Of a stretch of DNA of 64,000 nucleotides, positions 10,220-20,487 are shown in pieces. Both the position numbers and the translations under genes were made by a program. The notes under the pieces are model-generated. The model was given only the letters and a program-made list of their open reading frames with translations. It was not told the origin of the DNA and did no database searches. Origin of the DNA: a virus (lineage: Duplodnaviria > Caudoviricetes); IMG/VR virus record IMGVR_UViG_2974586258_000001, positions 32,001-96,000 of that record, one strand, 5' to 3'. The first letter of the stretch is position 1, and every line of letters begins with the position of its first letter.

Positions 10220-11217
10220 TAGAAATCCTCCTTTTTTAATTTAGACGTTTTAATTAGATCAAAAACAAGTTGATCAGAGCAAACATTTAGAAGTTCAATA
10301 GATTTAAATGTGGTGTCTTTATGTGAAAGATTTTTATTTTTTGCTTCAGAAATAATCTTTTGCTCAGTTTTAAATACGTCATAATGTGTTCCAGACCATA
10401 CTGAAATAATGGTAGGTACTATGTTATATTGCAATTTCAACTGTCCAAATCTAGTGTTTAATTTAAAAGACCTACCTATTTTTAAATACTCGTTATTGAA
10501 ATTTAAAAGGTATAAAAAGTCTCTATCATCCTTACGTTTAGGATAATACCCAAACAGCCCCGGAGCGACTCCGCAATCTCTGGCACAAGCCATGCAACCA
10601 TTTCTTTTATCTTTAAAATCAGTAAATGTTATGAATTTAACTCCATGTTGTGGACACCTATACTGTAGTTTTGACTTTTGGTTTATGTAGCCGTCAGGAA
10701 ACCCTAAGAAAGTGTAATTTCTCTCTTTACATATTTTTTCGCAGTATGTAAAAACTTCTTCATATGACATTCTTTTCAATACACTTAATTTTTTGTTGCG
10801 ACATATTTTACAACAGGCACCATTATGCATAATATTTACAAGACTAGATTCCCAAATATTACCATCTCTTAGGCATTCACATTTTACTTTTGTATTTTGC
10901 CCGTGAAAAATTTCAGTATAATCGTGAACAATAAAACCTTTTTGTTTTGCTGCTCGTTTTGCTTTTATCAAAAACTCGTAAGCATTCCAGTTACGTTTCT
11001 TAGCACACCCACAAGGTAATTTGCCAGCCCTTAAGTCCGATAGTCCACAAGTAAAATAACCTAAAGGAAACAGTTCTTTATCTAGCGAACATACTTTGCA
11101 AACAACTTTATATTTTGAATGTTTTGATTTTTCCAACAGTTCAACAACTTCCAATCTACCATTATTAAATGTCTCACCTACAAAATCTTCTGCCTTCTTT
11201 CTATAAGTTAGTGACAC
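10219..11217 (-). CDS. Free-standing zinc-ribbon/GIY-YIG-like endonuclease (copy 2)
   Basis: Same N-terminus (F.G.TFNNG.LE..CxxCS.DKELFP.GYF..PCGC) and C-terminus (LYLLNF..YLKIGRS) as copy 1. Confidence 0.75.
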   Translation of the reverse strand: MSLTYRKKAEDFVGETFNNGRLEVVELLEKSKHSKYKVVCKVCSLDKELFPLGYFTCGLSDLRAGKLPCGCAKKRNWNAYEFLIKAKRAAKQKGFIVHDYTEIFHGQNTKVKCECLRDGNIWESSLVNIMHNGACCKICRNKKLSVLKRMSYEEVFTYCEKICKERNYTFLGFPDGYINQKSKLQYRCPQHGVKFITFTDFKDKRNGCMACARDCGVAPGLFGYYPKRKDDRDFLYLLNFNNEYLKIGRSFKLNTRFGQLKLQYNIVPTIISVWSGTHYDVFKTEQKIISEAKNKNLSHKDTTFKSIELLNVCSDQLVFDLIKTSKLKKEDF

Positions 11218-11223
11218 TATGTA

Positions 11224-11484
11224 TTACTCCTCTTTTTCTTTTGGAGAACTAGGTAAAGTGCTTTGTGGTAAGTTACCACCAAATCTGAAGCTTAAAAACT
11301 TACCTAATAAATTTTGATGTGTTACTAAGAACCCATAAGCAAATAGCAGCCATTCATCTATTTTTAAATGGTAACTATACCAACAAAACATAATTGTCAT
11401 ACAAAATAAACCAATATGGTTCCATAATTTTGTATGGGATAATCTGTTGTCTTTAGGATCTGTAAATAAATCTGAAAATTTCAT
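11224..11484 (-). CDS. Putative holin (DUF2644-like)
   Basis: 86 aa, two TM segments, DLFTDPKDNRLSHTKLW motif, charged C-terminus. Confidence 0.55.
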   Translation of the reverse strand: MKFSDLFTDPKDNRLSHTKLWNHIGLFCMTIMFCWYSYHLKIDEWLLFAYGFLVTHQNLLGKFLSFRFGGNLPQSTLPSSPKEKEE

Positions 11485-11524
11485 ATGTTTCTCTTTTACA
11501 AATTGGTGCTATGTTTAAATAATA

Positions 11525-11965
11525 TTAACCTAAGATGTGAGGTGTTATTAAAACTAACGAGAGGGTGTAATATAGTATGGTGAATCTTTCTTGTTGTTTT
11601 ATTGTGAAATAAATATATTCTATCGCCACCATGTACGAAGTTTGAAAATAATAAAATTTGTAGTAATCAAATAAGGACAATAGTGTAGAAAAAACCGCAC
11701 ACAATGCAAAAATTGACATCAATATATGGTAGTTTTTATTTACAATGTTATTTGTAATAACAGAAGATATCATTAGTAAATCAATAAAAGAAAGTACAAC
11801 CAAATAAAACAAAACATCTTGTATTCTACCTGTGCTGGCGTAGTATGATAAGACTAACTGTATTGATAATAGTGTTATAATGACAAAACAAACATACCTG
11901 TATTCTTGCTTTGATATAAAAAATAACAGTACAAAACAGAAAATATAGATAAGAAGGCTTAACAT
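11525..11965 (-). CDS. Multi-pass membrane protein
   Basis: Highly hydrophobic, about 4-5 TM segments; AGGAGG RBS. Confidence 0.65.
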   Translation of the reverse strand: MLSLLIYIFCFVLLFFISKQEYRYVCFVIITLLSIQLVLSYYASTGRIQDVLFYLVVLSFIDLLMISSVITNNIVNKNYHILMSIFALCAVFSTLLSLFDYYKFYYFQTSYMVAIEYIYFTIKQQERFTILYYTLSLVLITPHILG

Positions 11966-11986
11966 AACTTACCTCCTTACCCTGTA

Positions 11987-12307
11987 TTATTTCCTATTTT
12001 GATCTTTAATAAGTTCTTTGATCTCTCTCATAACATCATCGAATTTATCATCTAATTTACTATCTAACCTTGTTATCTGATCTTTTATTGGGCCCATTTT
12101 ACGGTCTAATGTTTCATCAAGCTTATCTTGTGTTACTGCCATAGCTTCAAGCTTTATAAATTTTTGGTTTAGTTGATTAAAGCGTTCGGTGGAATCTTTC
12201 TTAAAATCTTTATAGTCCCCCCACAACTGGGAAAGTAACCAACTCAAACCTGCTGTCAGAAGGAGCCACAAAGCTTTACCAATGGTAAAGAAAATTTCTA
12301 CAGGCAT
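11987..12307 (-). CDS. TM plus coiled-coil protein (holin/antiholin-like)
   Basis: Single N-terminal TM segment followed by a coiled coil; lies in the membrane-protein cluster. Confidence 0.5.
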   Translation of the reverse strand: MPVEIFFTIGKALWLLLTAGLSWLLSQLWGDYKDFKKDSTERFNQLNQKFIKLEAMAVTQDKLDETLDRKMGPIKDQITRLDSKLDDKFDDVMREIKELIKDQNRK

Positions 12308-12315
12308 AAACTAGA

Positions 12316-12726
12316 TTACTCCATGAATTTTGGTTGTTGTGGGAAAACAATATACGGGAAATTTTCAAGTGATGTTATATCACGAAGTGCTTGCCTGTAT
12401 TCAAGAAACTCAGAAATTTGTATGTCAGAATATGTTGTTCCTTTTCCTGACATATTTTCTTCAAAATGACGAGTAGCAATCCAATCAGTATCTTTCAGGA
12501 TTTTATTTCGTTGTTGCAATATTTTGTTTGTTTCTTTTAGTATAACTTCTTCTGGGGTTTCTACAGATTCATAAATTCCACCATATTTTCCACCAACTAA
12601 ACGAAACTGGTCTAATTTTTCATCATTTTTTACTGAATACTCACCACGAGTTTGTAAATCTTCAATATTTGGTTCAAAATCGCACGTACTTAGTAGCTGA
12701 CCTTCTTTATTAAATATATAATACAT
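12316..12726 (-). CDS. Tail fibre assembly chaperone
   Basis: RNKILKDTDW...YRQALRDIT...FP.IVFPQQP signature. Confidence 0.8.
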   Translation of the reverse strand: MYYIFNKEGQLLSTCDFEPNIEDLQTRGEYSVKNDEKLDQFRLVGGKYGGIYESVETPEEVILKETNKILQQRNKILKDTDWIATRHFEENMSGKGTTYSDIQISEFLEYRQALRDITSLENFPYIVFPQQPKFME

Positions 12727-13424
12727 TATTTAACTCCAATGATAAAGTACGTGGCAAAGTTTCCTGGGTAGGCAGTACCATCAACTAATACGGTAACAAC
12801 ACGACCTGATGTGGTTACTTGAAAACTAGCCATATCATTGTTGCCGTCATCAGACATATTGGCTGGACTCGCTATCCATTTACACTGGGCCTCACTATAT
12901 CCAGAGGGTAAAGGTATAGTACCACCATTGGCTACTGTACCTGTCAAAATAGAAATGTTAGATGCTGTCAATGTTAATGCATGACTGTGTGTTGGTGAAC
13001 CACTATTAGTTGCAGAGTTTGTACTACCATTACCTACAGTGCTTGGAGTAGCCATGCTGATTGTTCTATTTAGACTTAGATCACCGCCGCCAGTTAACCC
13101 AACACCGGCAGAGATTGCCTTACTATCTACTTCTGATTTACTAAACACGTCTAAATTAGTTCGTGCAACAACTTTATCTAATAGGTCATTTAAATTCTCA
13201 GATTTTTTTAAGAATTCGTTTATTTTTTCTTCAGCAACCCATTTAATGTATTGCCCATAGTTGTTTAAAAGATAGTTCCACTCATCTGCCGCTGGTTTTT
13301 GAGACTTATCCCATCCAGTTTCAATTAGAGAAGCTTGTGGTAATTTTTTATTCGGTCTCTGTGCATTAGGCAAAATAACATCGTTACTCGCCCATACAAT
13401 CAGAGGGTTTGTTGGTTGTGCCAA
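12726..13424 (-). CDS. Short tail fibre / baseplate fibre protein
   Basis: PAADEWNYLLN, ARTNLDVFSK, GLTGGGDLSLNRTI and HSH fibre motifs. Confidence 0.75.
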   Translation of the reverse strand: MAQPTNPLIVWASNDVILPNAQRPNKKLPQASLIETGWDKSQKPAADEWNYLLNNYGQYIKWVAEEKINEFLKKSENLNDLLDKVVARTNLDVFSKSEVDSKAISAGVGLTGGGDLSLNRTISMATPSTVGNGSTNSATNSGSPTHSHALTLTASNISILTGTVANGGTIPLPSGYSEAQCKWIASPANMSDDGNNDMASFQVTTSGRVVTVLVDGTAYPGNFATYFIIGVK

Positions 13425-13438
13425 AATTTACTCCTTAC

Positions 13439-14053
13439 TCAAATATCATAAGTTGAAACATAAGATGTAAACATCAATCTACCTCCACTTGTAGGTATAT
13501 CATTGTCATCTGAGAAACCAAAACCTCCCCCGTCATCATCCCCATCAAAGACAAAAGGTATACCAACACCATCTACGACTCTTAAATCTGTAATAAGTGG
13601 CATTAATCCAGCGATATCATCAGCGGTAGTTGCAAGATTAAAACAAGGAGATCCAATAGCAATATCAAAACGATATTTGTCTCCTTTGTAAGTAAAAACA
13701 GACTCATTACCGAGCAACTGATAAAGAACATTAATTATATCAGGGCGTGTTCCATGCTTTTGTGCTTCGCCGGTTTTCAAGAACAATGTTGCTCTGTAGT
13801 CATCGTCATCTAACCCGTTACGATAGATTTGAAAACGAGCTCCTATATCATCCAGATAAACACCACTAGCCTCTGACAATAACCTTCTAACTGCTAGTTG
13901 GTATAAAGTATCATCAATAAGCTTCCACCTATCCAAATCAATTTGCAATATTTTTTGAATATTAGGTTTTTGTAAAGCTTCAGGAAGGTAGTCTAATCCT
14001 TCCTGAACAAAACTCTCTTTTATTTGTATATGGTCAACATTTTTTAATTCCAT
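13439..14053 (-). CDS. Baseplate wedge protein (DUF2612-like)
   Basis: A.GVYLDDIG...R.GLDDDDYR motif; follows the J-like gene. Confidence 0.75.
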   Translation of the reverse strand: MELKNVDHIQIKESFVQEGLDYLPEALQKPNIQKILQIDLDRWKLIDDTLYQLAVRRLLSEASGVYLDDIGARFQIYRNGLDDDDYRATLFLKTGEAQKHGTRPDIINVLYQLLGNESVFTYKGDKYRFDIAIGSPCFNLATTADDIAGLMPLITDLRVVDGVGIPFVFDGDDDGGGFGFSDDNDIPTSGGRLMFTSYVSTYDI

Positions 14054-14068
14054 AATTTAGTTGCCTCA

Positions 14069-15568
14069 TTATACAATTTGGTTGAAATATACATCAGACT
14101 CTGCTAAAATTAACACATCTTCAATATCTGTATTGAATGTTGCAGAAGAGTATGCACTATCGGGGTCAGATGCTAATTTTATTTCTACAGTTAGTACTTG
14201 AAATTGAATCAAAGGAACAGATGAGGTTACACTTTGTATTAGTTGAATATTATACAGTGTAGGATTTATAGGATATCCATTAATTGTGTCAAGTAAACCA
14301 GAAGTTATGATATTTCTCGCAGAATCTGCTAACGGCCTATTTTGTACTGTTTTATATGAAACTCTAATTGCTACATCTTTTTCTGTGGCCTTTGTGTGAT
14401 AGATAGTTTCTACTTGACCGTCCTCGGTTTCAATGTTATAGTTAACATTACCAAAAGTTGCATTAGAGCAGGCAATCAGTTCATACAACCTTTGAGAGAT
14501 AGATGGTGTATCTCCCCCATAAACTACCGGTACAAATTTATATGGTGGTATACCAGCAGGGCTTGTGGTTCCAGTAGGATTAGAGAATATTTTAACCTTA
14601 CGAACACCGTCTACACCAGTCAACAGCCCGTTGATAATTGCAGAACGAGTTGCAGCGGCAGGAGAACTAATCTGTGAGCTTGCTCTGGCCCGATACTCAC
14701 TGTCTGATTCAATATTTGCACCACTAAAGAATGCCTCAATATTACCACTAGAAACATAACCGGAAGGTTGAGGAGTGATTGTTGTAACCTGACCGATACT
14801 GACTGGGTTCAACCCTGCATCTTCTGCAATGACATCAAACCTGATTGTTTTGTTTCCAATTTGTGGGGAGATTTTAAAATCAACTTTCTGAGACAAACCT
14901 ACCATCTCTGTTGCAGAAGTATAACCTATATACATAGAGCCAGCAACATTATCGATAAAAATACGACTTAGATTTTCGTTAATTGTATTGTCAATAATAA
15001 ACGTCTTAATACTATTGAAGAAAGAGTTTAACTCTACGCTATTTGGTGTTTTGTTAGTTAGCGTTAGATTAAGTGTAGCAGTAACTGAGGTAGTTGTATT
15101 TAAAATGGTAAAAGTATAACTACCTGTATTTATTTGAGAATTCAATAATGTATGTGCAAAAATATTACCTGCAACCAATACATCTTCTTGTAAAATAAAA
15201 GTAGAATTTACTTTGTAAGTTCCGGCAGAATAGGTAGTATTATAAGGCACTGTACTATTGAGCACCATTTCTACACTACCAGTTGCTTTAGTCAAACCAT
15301 TACGATAAATCCCTCTACGAGAAAACAAATCATCAAGATACTTACCTTCAGCACCTTGATATGTCTGACTATTATAAACTTCTTCCATTTGCATCCAGAC
15401 TTGATTTTCTCTGTCTGCTTCGATTGATACAATCTTATCTATTACACTATTGTCGTTAGTATTAATATTAGAACCAAACAAATCTCGGTAGGCTTGTTTT
15501 CTCTGTTCTACAATTTCTGTTAGAGATGGCCTAAGAAAGCCAAAACTATTTAGACCATAAGTTGCCAA
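14069..15568 (-). CDS. Baseplate J-like protein
   Basis: AEGKYLD...GIYR and GANIESDSEYRAR motifs. Confidence 0.88.
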   Translation of the reverse strand: MATYGLNSFGFLRPSLTEIVEQRKQAYRDLFGSNINTNDNSVIDKIVSIEADRENQVWMQMEEVYNSQTYQGAEGKYLDDLFSRRGIYRNGLTKATGSVEMVLNSTVPYNTTYSAGTYKVNSTFILQEDVLVAGNIFAHTLLNSQINTGSYTFTILNTTTSVTATLNLTLTNKTPNSVELNSFFNSIKTFIIDNTINENLSRIFIDNVAGSMYIGYTSATEMVGLSQKVDFKISPQIGNKTIRFDVIAEDAGLNPVSIGQVTTITPQPSGYVSSGNIEAFFSGANIESDSEYRARASSQISSPAAATRSAIINGLLTGVDGVRKVKIFSNPTGTTSPAGIPPYKFVPVVYGGDTPSISQRLYELIACSNATFGNVNYNIETEDGQVETIYHTKATEKDVAIRVSYKTVQNRPLADSARNIITSGLLDTINGYPINPTLYNIQLIQSVTSSVPLIQFQVLTVEIKLASDPDSAYSSATFNTDIEDVLILAESDVYFNQIV

Positions 15569-15722
15569 TTTTACCTCTTTACTAATAATTGAAAAGCGTG
15601 GTTCCCCTATTAAATTACTGCGGTAGAGTTCTTATGAGTCCCTTGTAAAGAAACATCAACTTATTCACAAGGTTATAAGTTGATGTTTATGATGATTGTC
15701 ATGACTTACCTCGCAATAAGAT

Positions 15723-15743
15723 AAAAGCCACGTAGGGGCTTTT
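15723..15743 (-). terminator. Putative intrinsic terminator after tailspike 2
   Basis: AAAAGCC...GGCTTTT hairpin. Confidence 0.6.
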
Positions 15744-15746
15744 GTT

Positions 15747-17888
15747 CTAACCCAGCAGCCATTCACCCGCATCTGCATCAACTACTGTCAAATGAATAGT
15801 ACCCAGCCCAGGAACGGTAGCAGGGTTGTTTAGCCCAATCCCCAGGATATTCCCCCCTGTATTAGGATACACTTTTTTAGCTGTACCAGTCACGTCAGTC
15901 ACTTGAATTTTGTGCCCATTGCCGACAAAAGCTGAGTTAGGTAATTTCAGGCCAGCATTACTTGCCCCTCCTGATACCCCAACCGTACGTACTGATTTGT
16001 CTATACTAGCTGCGGTAGATTGGGAAGTTCCAGTTGCGGTAATTTTTGCTACTGAGTTTCTTGTCTGGAACATCTCTTGTCGAATGACTTCTAGTGATTG
16101 GCCGTGTACATAGACATCCACATCATTGAGGCTGGGGGGTGTGCCGACCTGCGCAACCCCAGAAGGGTTGTATCCCCGCACAACGACGCGGTTATGTCCA
16201 CCGATACCGCCCCAATCTACCCAGCCCGCTTCCATGCCGCTACCGATCAGCTCAATATCACAGTTGGTTGACCCACCGTAAGTACCGCCGAAACGAATCC
16301 CCTTAGCTAGAGGCAGGCCAATACCTTTATACTCCTCACCAAGCCACGCCTTTATTATGCAGCTTGACCCGTCGTTTATAATGTTATCGCCATTCCACGG
16401 GTAATATATCCGGCAAGAGCCATCAATTATCGTCCCATTAGCGCCGTTGTAAACGTTCACCATCCCACCCTCGAAGTGCGATTCTATGAATTCATTACCA
16501 TCAGCGCCACCGCCGCCCGCGATGTACAGAGCATGCGATACCCTACTGGCTTGGCTTGGCGCACCCTGGTCTGTGTAGAAAAGAGAATATACGTGAACTT
16601 TTGACCAGCGAGCATTACCCTTCTCGACCAAGAGGTTTTTGTAAGTGTTTGTGGCCTTTTGCCCACTCGTGTGGATGATGATGTCGTCGCAATGAGAATC
16701 ATGCGGTCCGCCAAAGCGCCAGCCATTACCACCGCTATACCCGATGGTGATCGAACTAAACCTACCCTCAAGCCCTTCTGCCAAAGCGACTCCTGCGCCC
16801 CACTCAGTGCGCATACCATCATCAGCAGAGTGATAAATTCGCAGGTTTTTGAATTTATTCGTGCGCCCATAGTATTTGAGACATGTTCCTGATGTTATCC
16901 CGCTGGAATTACCTGGGCGTTGGCGGTTTCCGTTCAGTGCAAAATCAGACAATTCTAGATTATGCGCGCCTTCCTCACTACTAGTTCCAAATAGCGAGTC
17001 GGCGTTTTCCGAGCGAATTATATCAGACCCAGTAGATGCGCTATTTGGCGCTTTGAGCTCTGTTAGGTACTCACCAGCACCCCGCAATACTGTATCTTGG
17101 TACACGGTTACTCGTGAGCAATTAAATGGTGCATTACCGGGTGGCATTATAACTGGGTATTTCAGCGTGTGTGCGATATCCACCGCGCGTTGCAAGATAG
17201 GGGCGTTATCTGGGTTGGACAGTTTAAACCCGAGCCATGAGGCATTTAACTCATTACCTGCAATCACCAGAGTTGCCGTTTTTCCAGTTCCAGCATTTAG
17301 GATATCAATGCCGTTCGGAATGCCTCCGGCCACAACATTAAAGCGGGCATTATCACGGTCTGTGATTGTTAGTTTGGCTCCGACACCGTATCCCCCAGCA
17401 GACACCGAGGAAACAGTAGCAAAAAGTTCATTTCGCAACAGTTCACCGCTCCTGTCAACAAAACCACCGCCAGTCGGGTCTGTCCCAGCAATAACATTCC
17501 CAGCAGCTCCGGAGAAGATCTTATTTAACTTTTTGCTCCACAAGGTATCATTATCGTTAACTAGTGTACCACCATCTTCGAAACTGCCCGCTACGAGATT
17601 ATAGCCTGATTCGGCAGCAGATCTTTCCCAAAGAGTTCTGGTAGTGCTATCTTGCATTGCATTAAACATTTCACTATTTGTAACAGTATCGGTATTTCCT
17701 GATGGGACTAGATCTGACCGTGAAAAAGCTGTTTGTTTAAATGCTTCAAAATCATTGCCCCACTCAACATCTAAGGGTGTACCATCACCCATTCCCAATG
17801 TAGTCTCTTGCCTCAAGCTACCATAAGGATATTGAGGAGAAGGTGAGGATGCGTTAGGTTGATATTTTTCCCATGCTTTTACTGACAT
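15747..17888 (-). CDS. Tailspike / depolymerase 2
   Basis: YPYGS...GDGTPL anchor; ERSAAESGYNLVAGSFEDGG domain; DNAPILQRAVD pectate-lyase-like beta-helix start; visibly higher GC in the distal part. Confidence 0.85.
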   Translation of the reverse strand: MSVKAWEKYQPNASSPSPQYPYGSLRQETTLGMGDGTPLDVEWGNDFEAFKQTAFSRSDLVPSGNTDTVTNSEMFNAMQDSTTRTLWERSAAESGYNLVAGSFEDGGTLVNDNDTLWSKKLNKIFSGAAGNVIAGTDPTGGGFVDRSGELLRNELFATVSSVSAGGYGVGAKLTITDRDNARFNVVAGGIPNGIDILNAGTGKTATLVIAGNELNASWLGFKLSNPDNAPILQRAVDIAHTLKYPVIMPPGNAPFNCSRVTVYQDTVLRGAGEYLTELKAPNSASTGSDIIRSENADSLFGTSSEEGAHNLELSDFALNGNRQRPGNSSGITSGTCLKYYGRTNKFKNLRIYHSADDGMRTEWGAGVALAEGLEGRFSSITIGYSGGNGWRFGGPHDSHCDDIIIHTSGQKATNTYKNLLVEKGNARWSKVHVYSLFYTDQGAPSQASRVSHALYIAGGGGADGNEFIESHFEGGMVNVYNGANGTIIDGSCRIYYPWNGDNIINDGSSCIIKAWLGEEYKGIGLPLAKGIRFGGTYGGSTNCDIELIGSGMEAGWVDWGGIGGHNRVVVRGYNPSGVAQVGTPPSLNDVDVYVHGQSLEVIRQEMFQTRNSVAKITATGTSQSTAASIDKSVRTVGVSGGASNAGLKLPNSAFVGNGHKIQVTDVTGTAKKVYPNTGGNILGIGLNNPATVPGLGTIHLTVVDADAGEWLLG

Positions 17889-17901
17889 TCAAATACTCCT
17901 C

Positions 17902-18513
17902 TTAAAATTCTTTCCAGCCGCCCCACGAAATGCCTTGCTGGCTCCATTGCAGCAGGGAGTTCCAACTTATTCTTCTAAAATCTTTGTACAAACCTTGCCA
18001 AGTGTTAATCCAAGTGGAATCACCAGTAAAAGGTAGTCTAAAATTAATAAAATGATAAAGCTTCGCTCCATATTCAACTTCACCTAAAGAAGGGCACAAA
18101 TCTTGTGCAGTTTCATCAGGAGATGGGTAATAATAACCGTCACCAAAGTAGGCAACATTGACTTCTTCAAGCTCTTGTGTTATTACTGTCAAATATGCTT
18201 CATACTGCCTAGTTTGCGTATTGAAACTGGAAGTAAAATCTTGTATTCTTAGCACATCTGGTTCTAGACGTACTGTTTCTCTAATCTTGGCATCAACAAC
18301 TTCTTTAGGTATTTTATTTCCTAAGTAACTTTCATAAGGGAAACCAAAATCTAAATTAAACTGCCATTCATTTTGCCAAATTGAAAATCTGAGCAACAAT
18401 CGTTGCCATAGTGAATTTATGTTCTCAGTAACTAATTGGAAATCCCCTGACTCTGTTATCAAGAGATCTCCGGTAGTTTGGTCTAATTGCAAATCTACAT
18501 ACTCGGTCGCCAC
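17902..18513 (-). CDS. Baseplate wedge/sheath initiator (gp25-like) with C-terminal extension
   Basis: GDL...QRLLLRF.IWQNEWQFNLDFGFPY pattern; position after the spike gene. Confidence 0.7.
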   Translation of the reverse strand: MATEYVDLQLDQTTGDLLITESGDFQLVTENINSLWQRLLLRFSIWQNEWQFNLDFGFPYESYLGNKIPKEVVDAKIRETVRLEPDVLRIQDFTSSFNTQTRQYEAYLTVITQELEEVNVAYFGDGYYYPSPDETAQDLCPSLGEVEYGAKLYHFINFRLPFTGDSTWINTWQGLYKDFRRISWNSLLQWSQQGISWGGWKEF

Positions 18514-18522
18514 ATAGACCTC

Positions 18523-19158
18523 TTATAGTTGGGGAGAAGGAATTACACCTCCTCCGTGTGTATGATTATTATAAACTTGTTTTACATTTCTCAAGCTGAT
18601 ACCATCACTTGTTACGAAGTCGCCGTCAGATGTTACTTTTGCCCCATTGATTTTGAAATATTGATCTGTAATGGCTTCAACACTATCCTTTTTGATTGTG
18701 ATTTTTGTTGTGTTGTGCTGGATAATTAGATTTTCAGGATCAATGGAAACTGGAGTTGTTTCAGTAGACAACTCAGAGATAAAACAAATTCCTTGAAGTA
18801 CGTGAGTATCTACATTCTTTTCTAGATCAATAGAAACTTTTCCACCTTTAAAACCATCCATAGGTTTCTCAGGAAACTTTACGACACCGATGTCACCTGC
18901 TTTAATAGGTACTGTTATTTTAATTGTACCACCTTGGGCACTATATGTATGAACTGGGACATCATATATCGTTGGGTATTTATAGTTTAAAAGTTGATCT
19001 ACAGGAGATACACCTTCATATAATATTTCAACATCAACTGTACCTTTTCCGTAATCTACTGCTACAACTTTAGCAGGCATCTGTGTATGTATTTCCTGCA
19101 TCTGTCTTCCGAGGTACAATGAGAGCGCATCATCAAACCTGTTAGATGTTATCTTCAA
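18523..19158 (-). CDS. Baseplate central spike (gpV/gp138-like)
   Basis: IHTQMPAKVV OB-fold start; C-terminal iron-binding HTH (His-x-His) motif YNNHTHGG. Confidence 0.88.
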   Translation of the reverse strand: MKITSNRFDDALSLYLGRQMQEIHTQMPAKVVAVDYGKGTVDVEILYEGVSPVDQLLNYKYPTIYDVPVHTYSAQGGTIKITVPIKAGDIGVVKFPEKPMDGFKGGKVSIDLEKNVDTHVLQGICFISELSTETTPVSIDPENLIIQHNTTKITIKKDSVEAITDQYFKINGAKVTSDGDFVTSDGISLRNVKQVYNNHTHGGGVIPSPQL

Positions 19159-19222
19159 TTATACCTCCAAGTAAAATATAGCAGAAACATTATGCATAGG
19201 TATTTATTAATAATGTTAACGG

Positions 19223-20137
19223 TTATTGAACAAGAGTCCCTGTTGTTTCTACAAGTTGCAGAGTACTCATCCAGTCCCCACCTTCGTAACTTCCGTTGTG
19301 TGTTACTTTAATTACTTTATAAAATCCATCATAATAGCTGGACTTTAAGTAAATAGTAGATTCTGGAATAATTGCGCCCAATAATTGTGTTTTAACTTCA
19401 AGACCAACATCTTCTTTTGTTGCATCTTGTGCTGCTTTGGCAACTTTGCTCATGTAGGGTTGTTTGGGGGAAGGTGAACCAATCATCCCTGTTTCTTCGC
19501 TTACCTCATAAACAAACTGTTCAAAACGCTTACCAGTTACTGTAACATAACTTGCACCATCTTGGACTGAGAAATTGGCACCAAATTCTTTACAGAACTT
19601 AGAAAGGCTATCTGAACATTTCCCAGAGAATGAACGAGCAGATTGAATTGAACCAGAAACATTAGCAATACGTCCAATCGGAAGTTTCATATCTGAAACT
19701 AGGTCGCTGATAATTTTATTTGCAGAAGTTCCAGCACGATAAGATCTGTTAGTCTTAGCATAAGCTAAATTTTGTTTTGCATCACCAAAGATAAATTTAG
19801 TTTTCCGTGTATGTCTGTCCCAACTATCTTCCATATATTCAACTGCACCCGCAAAGACTTGGACATTATTTCCGTCTTGTCCTGCTTCTAGGATTCCACC
19901 TAATGAATTATCAAGGTTATCTTTTAGATATTGTACAATTGTATCTGGTAAGTTATAGACAGTAACATAGGCTTTGTTTGGTTTGTCTGTATTGTCCTTG
20001 ACAACCTCAAACTCTATCTGTAAACTATCTTTTATTTGGTAAGCATTGTTTTCAGATTTATCAACAGACTCTTGGATATTGATTGTGTTTCCTGTGAATC
20101 TAACTGGCTTACCAATAATAAAATTGTATGTTCTCAC
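19223..20137 (-). CDS. Baseplate hub protein
   Basis: LQIEFEVVK...NKAYVTVYNL, TGMIGSP and YKVIKVTHNG motifs. Confidence 0.82.
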   Translation of the reverse strand: MRTYNFIIGKPVRFTGNTINIQESVDKSENNAYQIKDSLQIEFEVVKDNTDKPNKAYVTVYNLPDTIVQYLKDNLDNSLGGILEAGQDGNNVQVFAGAVEYMEDSWDRHTRKTKFIFGDAKQNLAYAKTNRSYRAGTSANKIISDLVSDMKLPIGRIANVSGSIQSARSFSGKCSDSLSKFCKEFGANFSVQDGASYVTVTGKRFEQFVYEVSEETGMIGSPSPKQPYMSKVAKAAQDATKEDVGLEVKTQLLGAIIPESTIYLKSSYYDGFYKVIKVTHNGSYEGGDWMSTLQLVETTGTLVQ

Positions 20138-20154
20138 AGGGTGTACCTCTAATT

Positions 20155-20487
20155 TTAACTATCAGGACTATTATACCACAACTCAATTTGTTTTGAAGGG
20201 CCCACATTGTATTGCGTAATTCTGGCACTAAAATCAGCTAGTGCGGCGGCAATAATATCCCCAGAAGAAAGATTGAGACTATAATTGTACGGAGTCAGAT
20301 GTTTTGTATAAGATGATAATTTAAAAGAAACTGTAGGGTCAGCACCTACATCACCAATATACATTGTCCAACTTTCTCCTCGTTCATTGTATATGAACCT
20401 GACTTCATATGTTTTATCATCTATAACAATACGTTGAGTTTGGTCTGGGTATCCATCTTCAATGTCGAATACTTGAGAGGTAGCCAT
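20155..20487 (-). CDS. Baseplate/virion structural protein
   Basis: Synteny between the Dit-like gene and the hub; YPDQ...YNER.ESW motif. Confidence 0.65.
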   Translation of the reverse strand: MATSQVFDIEDGYPDQTQRIVIDDKTYEVRFIYNERGESWTMYIGDVGADPTVSFKLSSYTKHLTPYNYSLNLSSGDIIAAALADFSARITQYNVGPSKQIELWYNSPDS

